From positions 1,637,092 through 1,661,091 of the forward strand of contig NZ_CP014854.1 in assembly GCF_002214365.1 (NCBI RefSeq): DNA of 24,000 nucleotides, read 5' to 3'. The translations under genes were made by a program, and so were the position numbers. The notes beneath the pieces were generated by a model that ran no database searches, had not been told where the DNA came from, and worked only from the letters and a program-made list of their open reading frames with translations. This document shows positions 9,257-17,074 of the stretch, piece by piece. Every line of letters starts with the position of its first letter. The first letter of the stretch is position 1. The DNA is from Thermococcus celer Vu 13 = JCM 8558. Its GTDB lineage: Archaea > Methanobacteriota_B > Thermococci > Thermococcales > Thermococcaceae.

Positions 9257-10687
9257 TCAGATACCGTAGAACTCATCGAGGGTCTTTTCGAGCACCTTGA
9301 TCTCGCGTTCGAGCCTGTCAAGGACGTCCCTGTTTATCTTGAGCCCCCTGAGCCGCTCAATGAAGAGCAGGCTTATGAGGTGGTCCTGGACGGTGAGCTT
9401 CTCGGCCGGCTTCCACTCGGGATCCCTGTGGTGCGGTCTGGTGCCCTTCGCGTAGCGCATGAGCTGGTTGAGAACCTCCTCGCTTATCCAGCCTATCTCG
9501 TAGTAGAACTCGAGCACCTTCTCAAGGTTCTGGATGCCGACCCTGTCGATGATGAACCCGAGCCACTTGAGGGCTATCATGGTGGAGATGATGTCATCGG
9601 GAAGCTTCTCAAGGCGGGCCTTCTTCGGCTCCTCCTCAAAGAGCAGGCTTGCAATTTCCTCCGGTAGCTGAACTTTCTCGGCCATTCCGACACCTCCTTC
9701 TTTGGCTTCTTCAGGGGCCATTTCAACACCACCTTTTTCCTCTTCAACCTCATGAACGGGAACCTCTTCAATCGAAACTTCCTCCACCTCGGGGGCGGCC
9801 TCAACCTCCCCGGCGACTTCTTCCTGCGGAACCTCTTCGGGGACTTCCTCCACCAGAACCTCCTCGGGAAGTTCCTCCACGGCCTCAACCTCTTCAGGCG
9901 GGACCTCGGCCTCCCCCGCCTCAAAGGCTTTCTCCTCTGGGGCGGGGAGTTCCTCAACCTCTTCGGCGGGCGTTTCGACCTCTTCTACTTCGGGGGGGAC
10001 CTCCTCGGTGGGAACTTCAACTTCTTCTTCGACGGCCGGAACCTCTGCCTCCTCAGCTGGGGTCTCCGCCGCAGCCCGAGCTTCCTCAATGGCCTGCTCA
10101 GCGGCCTCGAGTTCTTCTTTACTGACTTCCTCGCCTGCTTCTATCCTGCTATGGAGCTCCTCCAGCTTCTTCTGCGCTTCCTCGAGTTTCTCGGCCGCTG
10201 TCTTAACTCCAACCTTTCCCGCAAGCTCATCGACCTTCTTGTGAAGCTCCTCGAGCTTTTCGGTGAGTTCTTCGGGAACCTCCTCTTCCTTCTCCTCCTT
10301 TTCCTCAAGGAACTCCTCGAGTTTTCCGATTTTCTCATGAACCTCCTCAACCTTCTGGGAAACCTTCTCTGCCTTCTTCTCCTGAACCTCCAGCTTCGCG
10401 GACTCGAGGGTCTCAACGAGTCTACTCAGCTGAAGGCTCAGGTTGGTGAGCCTCTCACCCAGCTCATCGACGCGCTTACTTATCTGTTCGTACTTCGTGG
10501 CCTGGCTCCCGTAGGTGTCGAGGATCCGTTGGACTATCTTCTCGAGCTGTTCGTAGGTGAGGCTGTCCTTGCGCGCCATGAGCTTCTCGCGAAGGTCGTT
10601 GATGATGACCGTTGGAACCTTGCCCTTGAGCTCCGCGAGCTTGGCGTTGATGTCTGCCTCTGTGACGAGCCTGTTAACCTCCTCCAT
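9257..10687 (-). CDS. flaD: Archaellum protein FlaD/ArlD (FlaD/E family) with coiled-coil N-terminus and a long acidic E/V/P-rich insert
   Basis: The C-terminal block KLPDDIISTMIALKWLGFIIDRVG...EFYYEIGWISEEV is FlaD/E-like. The N-terminal ~200 aa are heptad-rich, and roughly aa 205-330 are almost entirely E, V, P and A. It sits between flaC and flaF. Confidence 0.85.
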   Translation of the reverse strand: MEEVNRLVTEADINAKLAELKGKVPTVIINDLREKLMARKDSLTYEQLEKIVQRILDTYGSQATKYEQISKRVDELGERLTNLSLQLSRLVETLESAKLEVQEKKAEKVSQKVEEVHEKIGKLEEFLEEKEEKEEEVPEELTEKLEELHKKVDELAGKVGVKTAAEKLEEAQKKLEELHSRIEAGEEVSKEELEAAEQAIEEARAAAETPAEEAEVPAVEEEVEVPTEEVPPEVEEVETPAEEVEELPAPEEKAFEAGEAEVPPEEVEAVEELPEEVLVEEVPEEVPQEEVAGEVEAAPEVEEVSIEEVPVHEVEEEKGGVEMAPEEAKEGGVGMAEKVQLPEEIASLLFEEEPKKARLEKLPDDIISTMIALKWLGFIIDRVGIQNLEKVLEFYYEIGWISEEVLNQLMRYAKGTRPHHRDPEWKPAEKLTVQDHLISLLFIERLRGLKINRDVLDRLEREIKVLEKTLDEFYGI

Positions 10688-10690
10688 GCC

Positions 10691-11176
10691 TCACACCTCC
10701 GCAAGCACCTCGTAGATTATCGAGTCAAGGTCGACCCCATACCCTGAGAGTACCTTGATGTCGTTCTTTATCTGTGCTATCTCCAGCTTCAAGTCTTCCA
10801 GTTCCTTCTTGAGCTCGTTTATCTCGTTGGCGAGCGGGTTTTCCTGAGCGGTCTGGTCCTTGAAGGGGTTTATCTCCTGGCTGATGACCTCGTAGAGCAT
10901 CATGACGTCCTTGATGGTCTTGTCGAGCCTGTCGATGTCGTCGCGGAGCTCCTGCATCTGCTTCTTTATCGTGTCTATGCTTATCTTTATCCTCGGGATG
11001 TCGTTCTCTATCTCGTTTATACGCTCCATGATCTGAGTTAGCTGCTCGTTCTCCTCCCTGTTCTCGACGTTCTCTTCAAGTTCTTCTTCCAGGACCGGCT
11101 CCTCCTGAGGGGGGGCTTCCTCCTTCGGCTTCTTCTTGAACAAAGACGAAAGGAAGTCAAGGGCCATGGGAGCCAC
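10691..11176 (-). CDS. flaC: Archaellum protein FlaC/ArlC
   Basis: 161-aa acidic coiled-coil protein lying immediately after the last archaellin gene (4-nt gap) and 3 nt before flaD. This is the canonical euryarchaeal operon position. Confidence 0.8.
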   Translation of the reverse strand: MAPMALDFLSSLFKKKPKEEAPPQEEPVLEEELEENVENREENEQLTQIMERINEIENDIPRIKISIDTIKKQMQELRDDIDRLDKTIKDVMMLYEVISQEINPFKDQTAQENPLANEINELKKELEDLKLEIAQIKNDIKVLSGYGVDLDSIIYEVLAEV

Positions 11177-11180
11177 CCCC

Positions 11181-11969
11181 TCACTGGAGCTCCATCAGGT
11201 TGTTAGTGTAGGTACTCGGTGTGGTGAAGTCGATGACTCCACCCGCGCCGTTCTCGGGTATGACCTTACCTGTGACCTTGGTGTTGGGCGGGAGACCGTA
11301 GCCGTTGGCAACGTTGTTGTCATCGTCAAAGGGTATCGTCCAGAGGGCTATGGCCGCTTTGTCGCCCCAGCTGAGAACCGGATGTTCTGGGCTTCCGTTG
11401 AGGCTCCCGTCATCGTCGGCGACGGCGATGATGCCGAAGAATATCCTCGGGGTTGCGTTCGTGTTGTAGTAGTACAGGTTCTTCCACAGGGCCGTTAGGT
11501 TGGCGGTGGCGTCCTGGGGTATGCCGGCGAGATTACTAACACCACCTGTCGCGTTCTCACCGACGTCGGCGAATACGTTGCTCACGTCACCGTAGTAGAG
11601 GAAGTAGCTCGCATCAATGCCGTTGTCCCTGCTTGGGTCGTAGTACCTGTAGACCGCCATCCTCCTGCCGTCGCTGAGGACGATCCTGACGTGGGCGAGG
11701 TCTATGCCGCCGGAGCCGGCGTTGGGGGCGACGTAAATCACCATCCTCGTTACGTTACCGCTTCCAGGTGGGTCTGCGGGGGTGTAACCGTAGACGTTCA
11801 TCACCTGTATTCCGCTGGCGACCTGCTGGGTCGTCTCCCTGCCGGTGGCCATCGCCTTCTGCTGGAGGTAGCCCGAGGTGCTTATGAGCACCCCCGCGGC
11901 CACAGCCGCCACGAGCACCATTGCTATGAAAACGATGAGCGTTCCAATACCTATGGCACCGCGTCTCAT
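11181..11969 (-). CDS. flaB: Archaellin (4th in operon), class III signal peptide MRRG|AIGIGTL
   Basis: N-terminus [39 protein letters not shown] and C-terminal [19 protein letters not shown]. Several N-x-S/T sequons. AGGTGATAG serves as SD in the 9-nt gap. Confidence 0.95.
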   Translation of the reverse strand: MRRGAIGIGTLIVFIAMVLVAAVAAGVLISTSGYLQQKAMATGRETTQQVASGIQVMNVYGYTPADPPGSGNVTRMVIYVAPNAGSGGIDLAHVRIVLSDGRRMAVYRYYDPSRDNGIDASYFLYYGDVSNVFADVGENATGGVSNLAGIPQDATANLTALWKNLYYYNTNATPRIFFGIIAVADDDGSLNGSPEHPVLSWGDKAAIALWTIPFDDDNNVANGYGLPPNTKVTGKVIPENGAGGVIDFTTPSTYTNNLMELQ

Positions 11970-11978
11970 GCTATCACC

Positions 11979-12641
11979 TCACTGGAGCACCATCACGTTG
12001 TGGTTGTACGTCGCGGGGGTGGTGAAGTCTATAACTCCCGCGGCGCCCACCTCGGGTATGACCTTACCGACCATCTTGGTCGCAGGGCCTATTCCCTTCT
12101 CGCTCCCGTTACCGAACACCGTGGTCTTTATGAGGAGCGCCACCATGTCCCCCCACTCGAGGCTCGGGTGCCTGGCGTCCATCTCGCTGGCACCGTCCTG
12201 GATAACCGCCACCGCGAAGTTGGTCTCGGCAAAGCTGGCGTTGTTCCACACCATGCTGCTTATGCTCGTGCCGTTGAAGAGGTCGTCCACGACGCCCGTG
12301 TAAAGGATCCCGCTGTAGTTGTAGACGACGAGCTTCATCCCGTCGCTCAGGACTATCTTGACGTTGCTCAGGTCGACGCCCTCGTTTCCGGAGTTGGGGG
12401 CCACGAATATCGCCATCCTGCTTATCGTCCCCTTGCTCGGCGGGGTAGCGTTGGTGTAGCCGTACACGTTGACGACCTTGAGACCGCTCGCAACCTCCTG
12501 CGTGGTCTGCCTTCCAGCGGCCTGGGCCTTCTGCTGGAGGTATCCGGCCGTACCTATGATTACCCCTGCCGCCACTGCCGCCACGAGCACCATTGCGATG
12601 AAGACTATCAGCGTGCCGATGCCTATTGCCCCTCTACGCAT
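11979..12641 (-). CDS. flaB: Archaellin (3rd in operon), class III signal peptide MRRG|AIGIGTL
   Basis: Same conserved N-terminal helix, with C-terminal [30 protein letters not shown] serves as SD upstream. Confidence 0.95.
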   Translation of the reverse strand: MRRGAIGIGTLIVFIAMVLVAAVAAGVIIGTAGYLQQKAQAAGRQTTQEVASGLKVVNVYGYTNATPPSKGTISRMAIFVAPNSGNEGVDLSNVKIVLSDGMKLVVYNYSGILYTGVVDDLFNGTSISSMVWNNASFAETNFAVAVIQDGASEMDARHPSLEWGDMVALLIKTTVFGNGSEKGIGPATKMVGKVIPEVGAAGVIDFTTPATYNHNVMVLQ

Positions 12642-12664
12642 AGCACCACCTCCTGAAAGTTTTC

Positions 12665-12670
12665 AAAAAA
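12665..12670 (-). terminator. Oligo-T (T6) tract between 2nd and 3rd archaellin genes; candidate partial intra-operon terminator
   Basis: The minus strand after the flaB stop reads ...ctcatctttcgTTTTTTgaaaactttcAGGAGGTGGTGctATG. This 54-nt gap is the only long gap inside the archaellin block. Confidence 0.45.
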
Positions 12671-12695
12671 CGAAAGATGAGAGAAGCGGTGGGGG

Positions 12696-13403
12696 TCACT
12701 GGAGCTCCATGACGCTCTGGGTGTAGGTCGATGGGGTGGTGAACTCGATGACGCCCGGCGCGCCGAACTCGGGGACGACCTGCCCGCTGATCTTGGTGTT
12801 GGGCGGGATACCACCTGAGAACACGTTGGCGGTGTTGACCGCGAGCACCACTATGTCACCCTTGGTGAGGGTCGGGTACTGGTACTGAACACTATTGTCG
12901 GCATCCTGAAGGACTATGATACCGAAATCCGTGGGGCCAAGGGCGCTCCAGTTTATTGTGCTGTCCGGAGTAGTGGTATCATTAGTAGTATCATCCTCAA
13001 AGATATTTGAGGTGGGGCCAATGGCATAGGTATCGGCGCTGAGGTTGTTTAGTTGATAGAGCTTGTACTTAAGGGTGGCCTCTGTGGTGCCATCCTTCAG
13101 TATTAGGGTAACCTTCCTCAGGTCAATCCCCGAGCTCCCGGCGTTTGGGGTAACGTAGATGGCGAGCTTTTCGATGTTACCATAGGCACCGCCGCTCTGG
13201 GGGGCGTACCCAACGACGCTCGTGACCTGTATTCCGCTGGCGACCTGCTGGGTCGTCTCCCTGCCCGTGCTGGAGGCCTTCTGCTGCAGGAAGCCGCTGG
13301 TGTTTATGAGCACTGCCGCGGCAACAGCCGCGACAAGCACCATGGCTATGAAAACTATAAGGGTGCCGATACCAACCGCACCCTTCCTCCTCCTACCGAA
13401 CAT
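12696..13403 (-). CDS. flaB: Archaellin (2nd in operon), class III signal peptide MFGRRRKG|AVGIGTL
   Basis: N-terminus ...[53 protein letters not shown] and C-terminal [29 protein letters not shown] serves as SD in the 10-nt gap. Confidence 0.95.
   Translation of the reverse strand: MFGRRRKGAVGIGTLIVFIAMVLVAAVAAAVLINTSGFLQQKASSTGRETTQQVASGIQVTSVVGYAPQSGGAYGNIEKLAIYVTPNAGSSGIDLRKVTLILKDGTTEATLKYKLYQLNNLSADTYAIGPTSNIFEDDTTNDTTTPDSTINWSALGPTDFGIIVLQDADNSVQYQYPTLTKGDIVVLAVNTANVFSGGIPPNTKISGQVVPEFGAPGVIEFTTPSTYTQSVMELQ
13224..13367 (-). repeat. 144-bp tract identical to 13918-14061 (5' region of 2nd archaellin gene)
   Basis: Base-by-base comparison by eye gives no mismatch over 144 nt, including all synonymous positions. 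Identity breaks at both ends. Confidence 0.9.
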
Positions 13404-13413
13404 TCACACCACC

Positions 13414-14097
13414 TCACTGCAGGTCCATAACGGACTCGGTGTAGGTGCTTGGGGTAACGAACTCTATGACACCCGGGGCACCGAACTCCGGAACGACTTC
13501 TCCGCTGATCTTCTCGCCTGGGCCTATCCCTGCGCCGAAGACACCATTGTCTGAGCCAAGGTCTCCGACGAGGAGCGTGAGAACGGCGAGGTCCCCCTTG
13601 TTGAGGGTCGGGTGCTCCGACGTCAGGGAGCCGTCAGCGTCCTGAAGTACTATGATACCGAACTCTCTGGTAGTATTTCCTGCCAGACTAGCCCAAGCGG
13701 CAAGTGAGACATTGAAGATGTCACTGACAACCGTACTCGTGAAAGCCGCGTGGGTGGGGTCGTACTTAAGAATGGCCTCGGTACTCTCATTTTTCAGAAT
13801 GATTTTTGTATTGCTGAGGTCTATGCCGGAGCTTCCGGCGTTCGGGGTAACGTAGATGGCAAGCTGCTGAATGTACTGAGTGGTGGGGAGGCCATTAGCC
13901 TTACCTACGACCCTCTCGACCTGTATTCCGCTGGCGACCTGCTGGGTCGTCTCCCTGCCCGTGCTGGAGGCCTTCTGCTGCAGGAAGCCGCTGGTGTTTA
14001 TGAGCACTGCCGCGGCAACAGCCGCGACAAGCACCATGGCTATGAAAACTATAAGGGTGCCAATACCCACGGCACCTCTCCTGGTCCTGACCTTCAT
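13414..14097 (-). CDS. flaB: Archaellin (1st in operon), class III signal peptide MKVRTRRG|AVGIGTL
   Basis: Conserved archaellin N-terminal helix and C-terminal [19 protein letters not shown]. The SD GGGGGTG lies about 10 nt upstream, and it is the first gene after the BRE/TATA at 14146-14164. Confidence 0.95.
   Translation of the reverse strand: MKVRTRRGAVGIGTLIVFIAMVLVAAVAAAVLINTSGFLQQKASSTGRETTQQVASGIQVERVVGKANGLPTTQYIQQLAIYVTPNAGSSGIDLSNTKIILKNESTEAILKYDPTHAAFTSTVVSDIFNVSLAAWASLAGNTTREFGIIVLQDADGSLTSEHPTLNKGDLAVLTLLVGDLGSDNGVFGAGIGPGEKISGEVVPEFGAPGVIEFVTPSTYTESVMDLQ
13918..14061 (-). repeat. 144-bp tract identical to 13224-13367 (5' region of 1st archaellin gene)
   Basis: See the partner copy. 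It encodes [48 protein letters not shown]. Confidence 0.9.
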
Positions 14098-14145
14098 TCT
14101 CCATGCACCCCCTGGGGTTGTTTGCGTAGGGAGTTACGTTACACA

Positions 14146-14164
14146 AATATAAAGCCCTTTTTTG
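14146..14164 (-). promoter_or_regulatory. BRE/TATA of the archaellin (fla) promoter
   Basis: The minus strand reads AAAAAAGGGC-TTTATATT (TATA at 14146-14153). The predicted TSS is near 14122, giving a leader of about 25 nt that carries the SD GGGGGTG. Confidence 0.6.
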
Positions 14165-14173
14165 TTCTTAGTA

Positions 14174-14207
14174 GTGTAGGAGGTTATGTAGGTACACATG
14201 TAGGTAC
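14174..14207 (-). promoter_or_regulatory. Three 12-bp-phased direct repeats (GTACCTACAT x2 plus CCTCCTACAC) upstream of the fla BRE/TATA; candidate activator operator
   Basis: The plus-strand 10-mer atgtaggtac occurs at 14186-14195 and again at 14198-14207. A degenerate copy with core tgtagg sits at 14175-14180. Spacing is exactly 12 bp. Confidence 0.5.
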
Positions 14208-14258
14208 CCGGGAGAAGATCCAATGAAGGATGGAAGACGGGAGATGGATAATAAATCG

Positions 14259-14312
14259 AAAAAACATCATTGGAAACGGTCCAAAACCAGGCAATAAAAG
14301 CGGGAACAAAAA
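14259..14312 (-). terminator. Cluster of oligo-T tracts after the methyltransferase gene
   Basis: The minus strand after the TGA reads cctttgTTTTTgttcccgcTTTTattgcc...gatgTTTTTTcgattt (T5 at 14308-14312, T6 at 14259-14264). This probably separates the hth-methyltransferase unit from the archaellin promoter, possibly with read-through. Confidence 0.45.
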
Positions 14313-14318
14313 CAAAGG

Positions 14319-15272
14319 TCACATCTTTTTAACCACCAGCATGCTCCTCGCCGGCCGGTCTATCTCGACGTCGAAGCCCTCCCTCAGGATGGCGTCCTTA
14401 ACCTCCCGAGCCGATGGGAAGCCTATGAAGTCCCTGTTGAGGGCCTCGAAGAACTCCAGGGCAGGGACGTGCTGGAAGGCATCCACAAAGGGCTCGAGGA
14501 TAACCATCCTGCCGCCCGACTTGAGGGCTTCCATGGCGCGCTTGAGAACCTCTGGAACGTCATCGACGTACTCGAGGACGAAACTGAGGAAAACAACGTC
14601 GTACTCGTTAATGGGCCGTATGAGCTTCGCGTCCATCTCCTTGAGCTCCACGGGCAGGTTCTTGCTTTCAACGCGTGCGCGGGCTATCTCAAGGAGCGCC
14701 GGGGAGTAATCCACGCCGAGGTAGTATCCGTTGTATCCCACCGCCTCCCCGAACTGGAACGGGGAATACGATCCACAGCCAACGTCGAGAACGTGCATTC
14801 CGGGCCTGAGGTCGGCAACCCGGGCCATGGCCTTGCGGTAGAGACGGGAGAACCCGGTACTCATGCGTATGTCCCAGAAGTCGGCGTCCTTGTCGAAGTC
14901 CATGAGAACGTGGGGATGGACGGGGGTTATCAAGGCGTAGTCCACCATGCGGTAGATCTCCTCCTGAACGGAAATCCAGTCCGGAACGAGGAGGTCGTAC
15001 CTTTCGTCGGGAACGTTGATGGTGTGCGAGAAGCCGTTGAGGTACAGCCTACCGTTCTTCTCCTCCACTATCCTGAGGTTCTTCAGGGTGTCCACGAAAC
15101 TAAGGAGAAGGCGCCTGTTGGGGAGGCCCACTGCATCCACCAGCTCCTGAACCGTCGGTTCCTTTGCGAGGATGGGGAACACGCCGTGCTTGGTTCCGAG
15201 GCCGATAACCTCAAGCACCGCAAACTTAACCATCTGTTCAATGTTGACATCGACAGCGACTATTGGGTCCAT
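14319..15272 (-). CDS. Class I SAM-dependent methyltransferase with N-terminal winged-helix-like (dimerisation) domain
   Basis: SAM motif I is HVLDVGCGSYSP, the acidic loop is YLGVDYS, and post-I/II elements are YDVVFLSFVLEYV and GGRMVILEP. The N-terminal ~90 aa (ILAKEPTVQELVDAVGLPNRRLLLSFVDTLKNLRIVEE) look like the wHTH of O-methyltransferase-type dimerisation domains. The gap after the HTH gene is 9 nt, with AGGTGATAG as SD. Confidence 0.85.
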   Translation of the reverse strand: MDPIVAVDVNIEQMVKFAVLEVIGLGTKHGVFPILAKEPTVQELVDAVGLPNRRLLLSFVDTLKNLRIVEEKNGRLYLNGFSHTINVPDERYDLLVPDWISVQEEIYRMVDYALITPVHPHVLMDFDKDADFWDIRMSTGFSRLYRKAMARVADLRPGMHVLDVGCGSYSPFQFGEAVGYNGYYLGVDYSPALLEIARARVESKNLPVELKEMDAKLIRPINEYDVVFLSFVLEYVDDVPEVLKRAMEALKSGGRMVILEPFVDAFQHVPALEFFEALNRDFIGFPSAREVKDAILREGFDVEIDRPARSMLVVKKM

Positions 15273-15281
15273 ACTATCACC

Positions 15282-15611
15282 TCACATGAACCTCCTGTAA
15301 TAACGGTAATATTCCTTAAGGTAATCAACCACCCTCTTCCCGTAGTCCGTCAGGCGGTAGTACTTGAAACCGTTGTTGGAGACCTCCTCGACGAGGCCGA
15401 GGTACACGAGAGAGCTCTCGCCGTTGTAACGGTTACCAAGACCTACCAGGGCCCCCCTGACGTTCGATGGATCGGAACCGACCACCCTCGCTATCTCCGA
15501 TAGGTAGGTGGCGGATGGGTATATCTCGCTCAGGTACATCAGTATCTTCTTCCTCAGCTCGCTTCGGTGAATGGAACGCAACACCTGCGGATCAATGATA
15601 ACCGCTTTCAT
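15282..15611 (-). CDS. Small winged-helix transcriptional regulator, candidate EarA-like archaellum regulator
   Basis: 109 aa. The HTH-like segment is ATYLSEIARVVGSDPSNVRGALVGL and the wing is GLVEEVSNNGFKYYRLTDYGKRV. It is the first gene of a bicistron directly upstream of the fla operon. The EarA assignment is inferred from context, not from an alignment. Confidence 0.6.
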   Translation of the reverse strand: MKAVIIDPQVLRSIHRSELRKKILMYLSEIYPSATYLSEIARVVGSDPSNVRGALVGLGNRYNGESSLVYLGLVEEVSNNGFKYYRLTDYGKRVVDYLKEYYRYYRRFM

Positions 15612-15953
15612 GTCTCATCCCCCTGCCCGTGCTTTAGCTTCAGCGCCTCTGATTATAACTGTCGGCCGCTGAAGTCATGGAAGGTTAACCCGTGATGTCC
15701 AACTTTAACCACGTATAGTATGTTCGAATAATATATAACGTTTTTGGTTGAATTATGGGGAAACTCCATTGATAATGATTTTAAATTGTAGAATTTTCAT
15801 TCAGAACTTGAACAAAATATGCTTTAAAACCAGTCCTGCAAGGGTATGGATAATTTCCAATTGGTTGTTCGACTTCCGTCCGCGTCCATGCAGTGGGGGG
15901 CATAAAGTCTAAATACTATAACATCGCAGATTGTTCAGCTGAAACCGGGTGAC

Positions 15954-17036
15954 ATGGAGATGATAATCGAGCTCGCCGTTACCGCGGGAATCGCCGTGAT
16001 TCTGGTGTACTACGTCAGGGACGTAACCAGGAAAGTCCTGGCCAAACACTTTGAACTCAGGGAAGAGCTCGGCGAGCTTGAATCCCGATTTTCGAACCTG
16101 AAGAACGAGCTGGAATCGGAAATATGGGATGTCAAGTCAAGTGTATCCTCGGGAGAAAGAGGGGTGAGGGACGAGGTCAACAAAAACCTCAGGGAGATCG
16201 AGGAAAAACTCAAAAAACTGGAGAGTTCCCTCAGGGACCTTCAGAAATTTGAAACGAAGGCGAACTACGAACTCGGAAGCATTAAACTTGAAGTGGAGAA
16301 AACCAACCGGCGTGTTGATTCCATCGAGGAGAAACTGGAAAAAACAGGGGACGTTTTGAAGGAAGAGCTCAAGGATGAACTGCTCTCGGAACTCAAGGAG
16401 GAGATAGAGCACCTCGAGGAGGCCATAGAACGGAGGAAGCAAACGGAAGTCGAGGAATTTCTTGAGGTGATAAAAGCCGCGGTGACACTCCAACCGGAGA
16501 AGCTCAGCTCGGGCATGGCGGAGGCCAAGAGGGCGTTGTTATCGCTGAGGGATATAGCCAAGGTCTACGTTCTCACGGGACGCGGACAGAGGGAGTTCAG
16601 GGAGCTCAAGGCTAACCTCGTGGAACTCCTGAAGAATCTGCGCAAGCTCGCCATAGTCTCCATTCCTGACGAGAACGTCTACGCGGCGTTCAACGACATA
16701 ATAGTTAAAGTCAAGAGGCTCGATATACCGATGAGGGTTGAGAGGGACGGGAGGGAGAGGGAGCTCAACCCAGAGAAGAGCTTTATCCGGATCCATAAGA
16801 TAGTATACGAGCTCGCCGGTGAACTCGACAGGATAGCAGATGAACTGCAGGAGCCCATACCAGTCACTCCGGTTGAGAAGGAGTTCTACGAGAAGTTACG
16901 GCGGCAATTCGAAGAACTGGAAAAGCTGGAGGAACAGGTACGGCGGCTCATACTTAAACTAAACACTGAAAAAGAAACCATCCCGAGGGAAGAGAATGAA
17001 AGCCTTGAGGACATACTTAGAGACCTCGGCCTATGA
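15954..17036 (+). CDS. N-terminally membrane-anchored coiled-coil protein, function unknown
   Basis: A single TM helix (IIELAVTAGIAVILVYYV) is followed by about 330 aa of heptad-rich, E/K/L-rich sequence. The alternative ATG at 15960 has better SD spacing (GGGTGA). The gene is divergent from the wHTH gene across an AT-rich 342-bp spacer. Confidence 0.6.
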   Translation: MEMIIELAVTAGIAVILVYYVRDVTRKVLAKHFELREELGELESRFSNLKNELESEIWDVKSSVSSGERGVRDEVNKNLREIEEKLKKLESSLRDLQKFETKANYELGSIKLEVEKTNRRVDSIEEKLEKTGDVLKEELKDELLSELKEEIEHLEEAIERRKQTEVEEFLEVIKAAVTLQPEKLSSGMAEAKRALLSLRDIAKVYVLTGRGQREFRELKANLVELLKNLRKLAIVSIPDENVYAAFNDIIVKVKRLDIPMRVERDGRERELNPEKSFIRIHKIVYELAGELDRIADELQEPIPVTPVEKEFYEKLRRQFEELEKLEEQVRRLILKLNTEKETIPREENESLEDILRDLGL

Positions 17037-17074
17037 TGCGACTGACCTTTGGGGTTTATCCAAATCTGAATGAA

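Noticed and set aside
9698-10110. Periodic cctc/ttc-rich DNA, considered as a tandem repeat or CRISPR-like array
   Set aside because: It has no unit of fixed length and no spacer structure. It is the coding sequence of the acidic E/V/P region of FlaD.
14134-14322. 62-aa minus-strand ORF with a hydrophobic N-terminus filling the methyltransferase-flaB intergenic region
   Set aside because: It starts at a GTG with no SD. It also spans the oligo-T terminator tracts, the phased repeats and the BRE/TATA of the fla promoter, so it is more economically explained as regulatory DNA.
15700-15730. GTATAGTATGT segment upstream of the wHTH gene as a possible autoregulatory TACATA-like site
   Set aside because: It matches only partially and is not repeated or phased. 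It cannot be distinguished from the AT-rich background.
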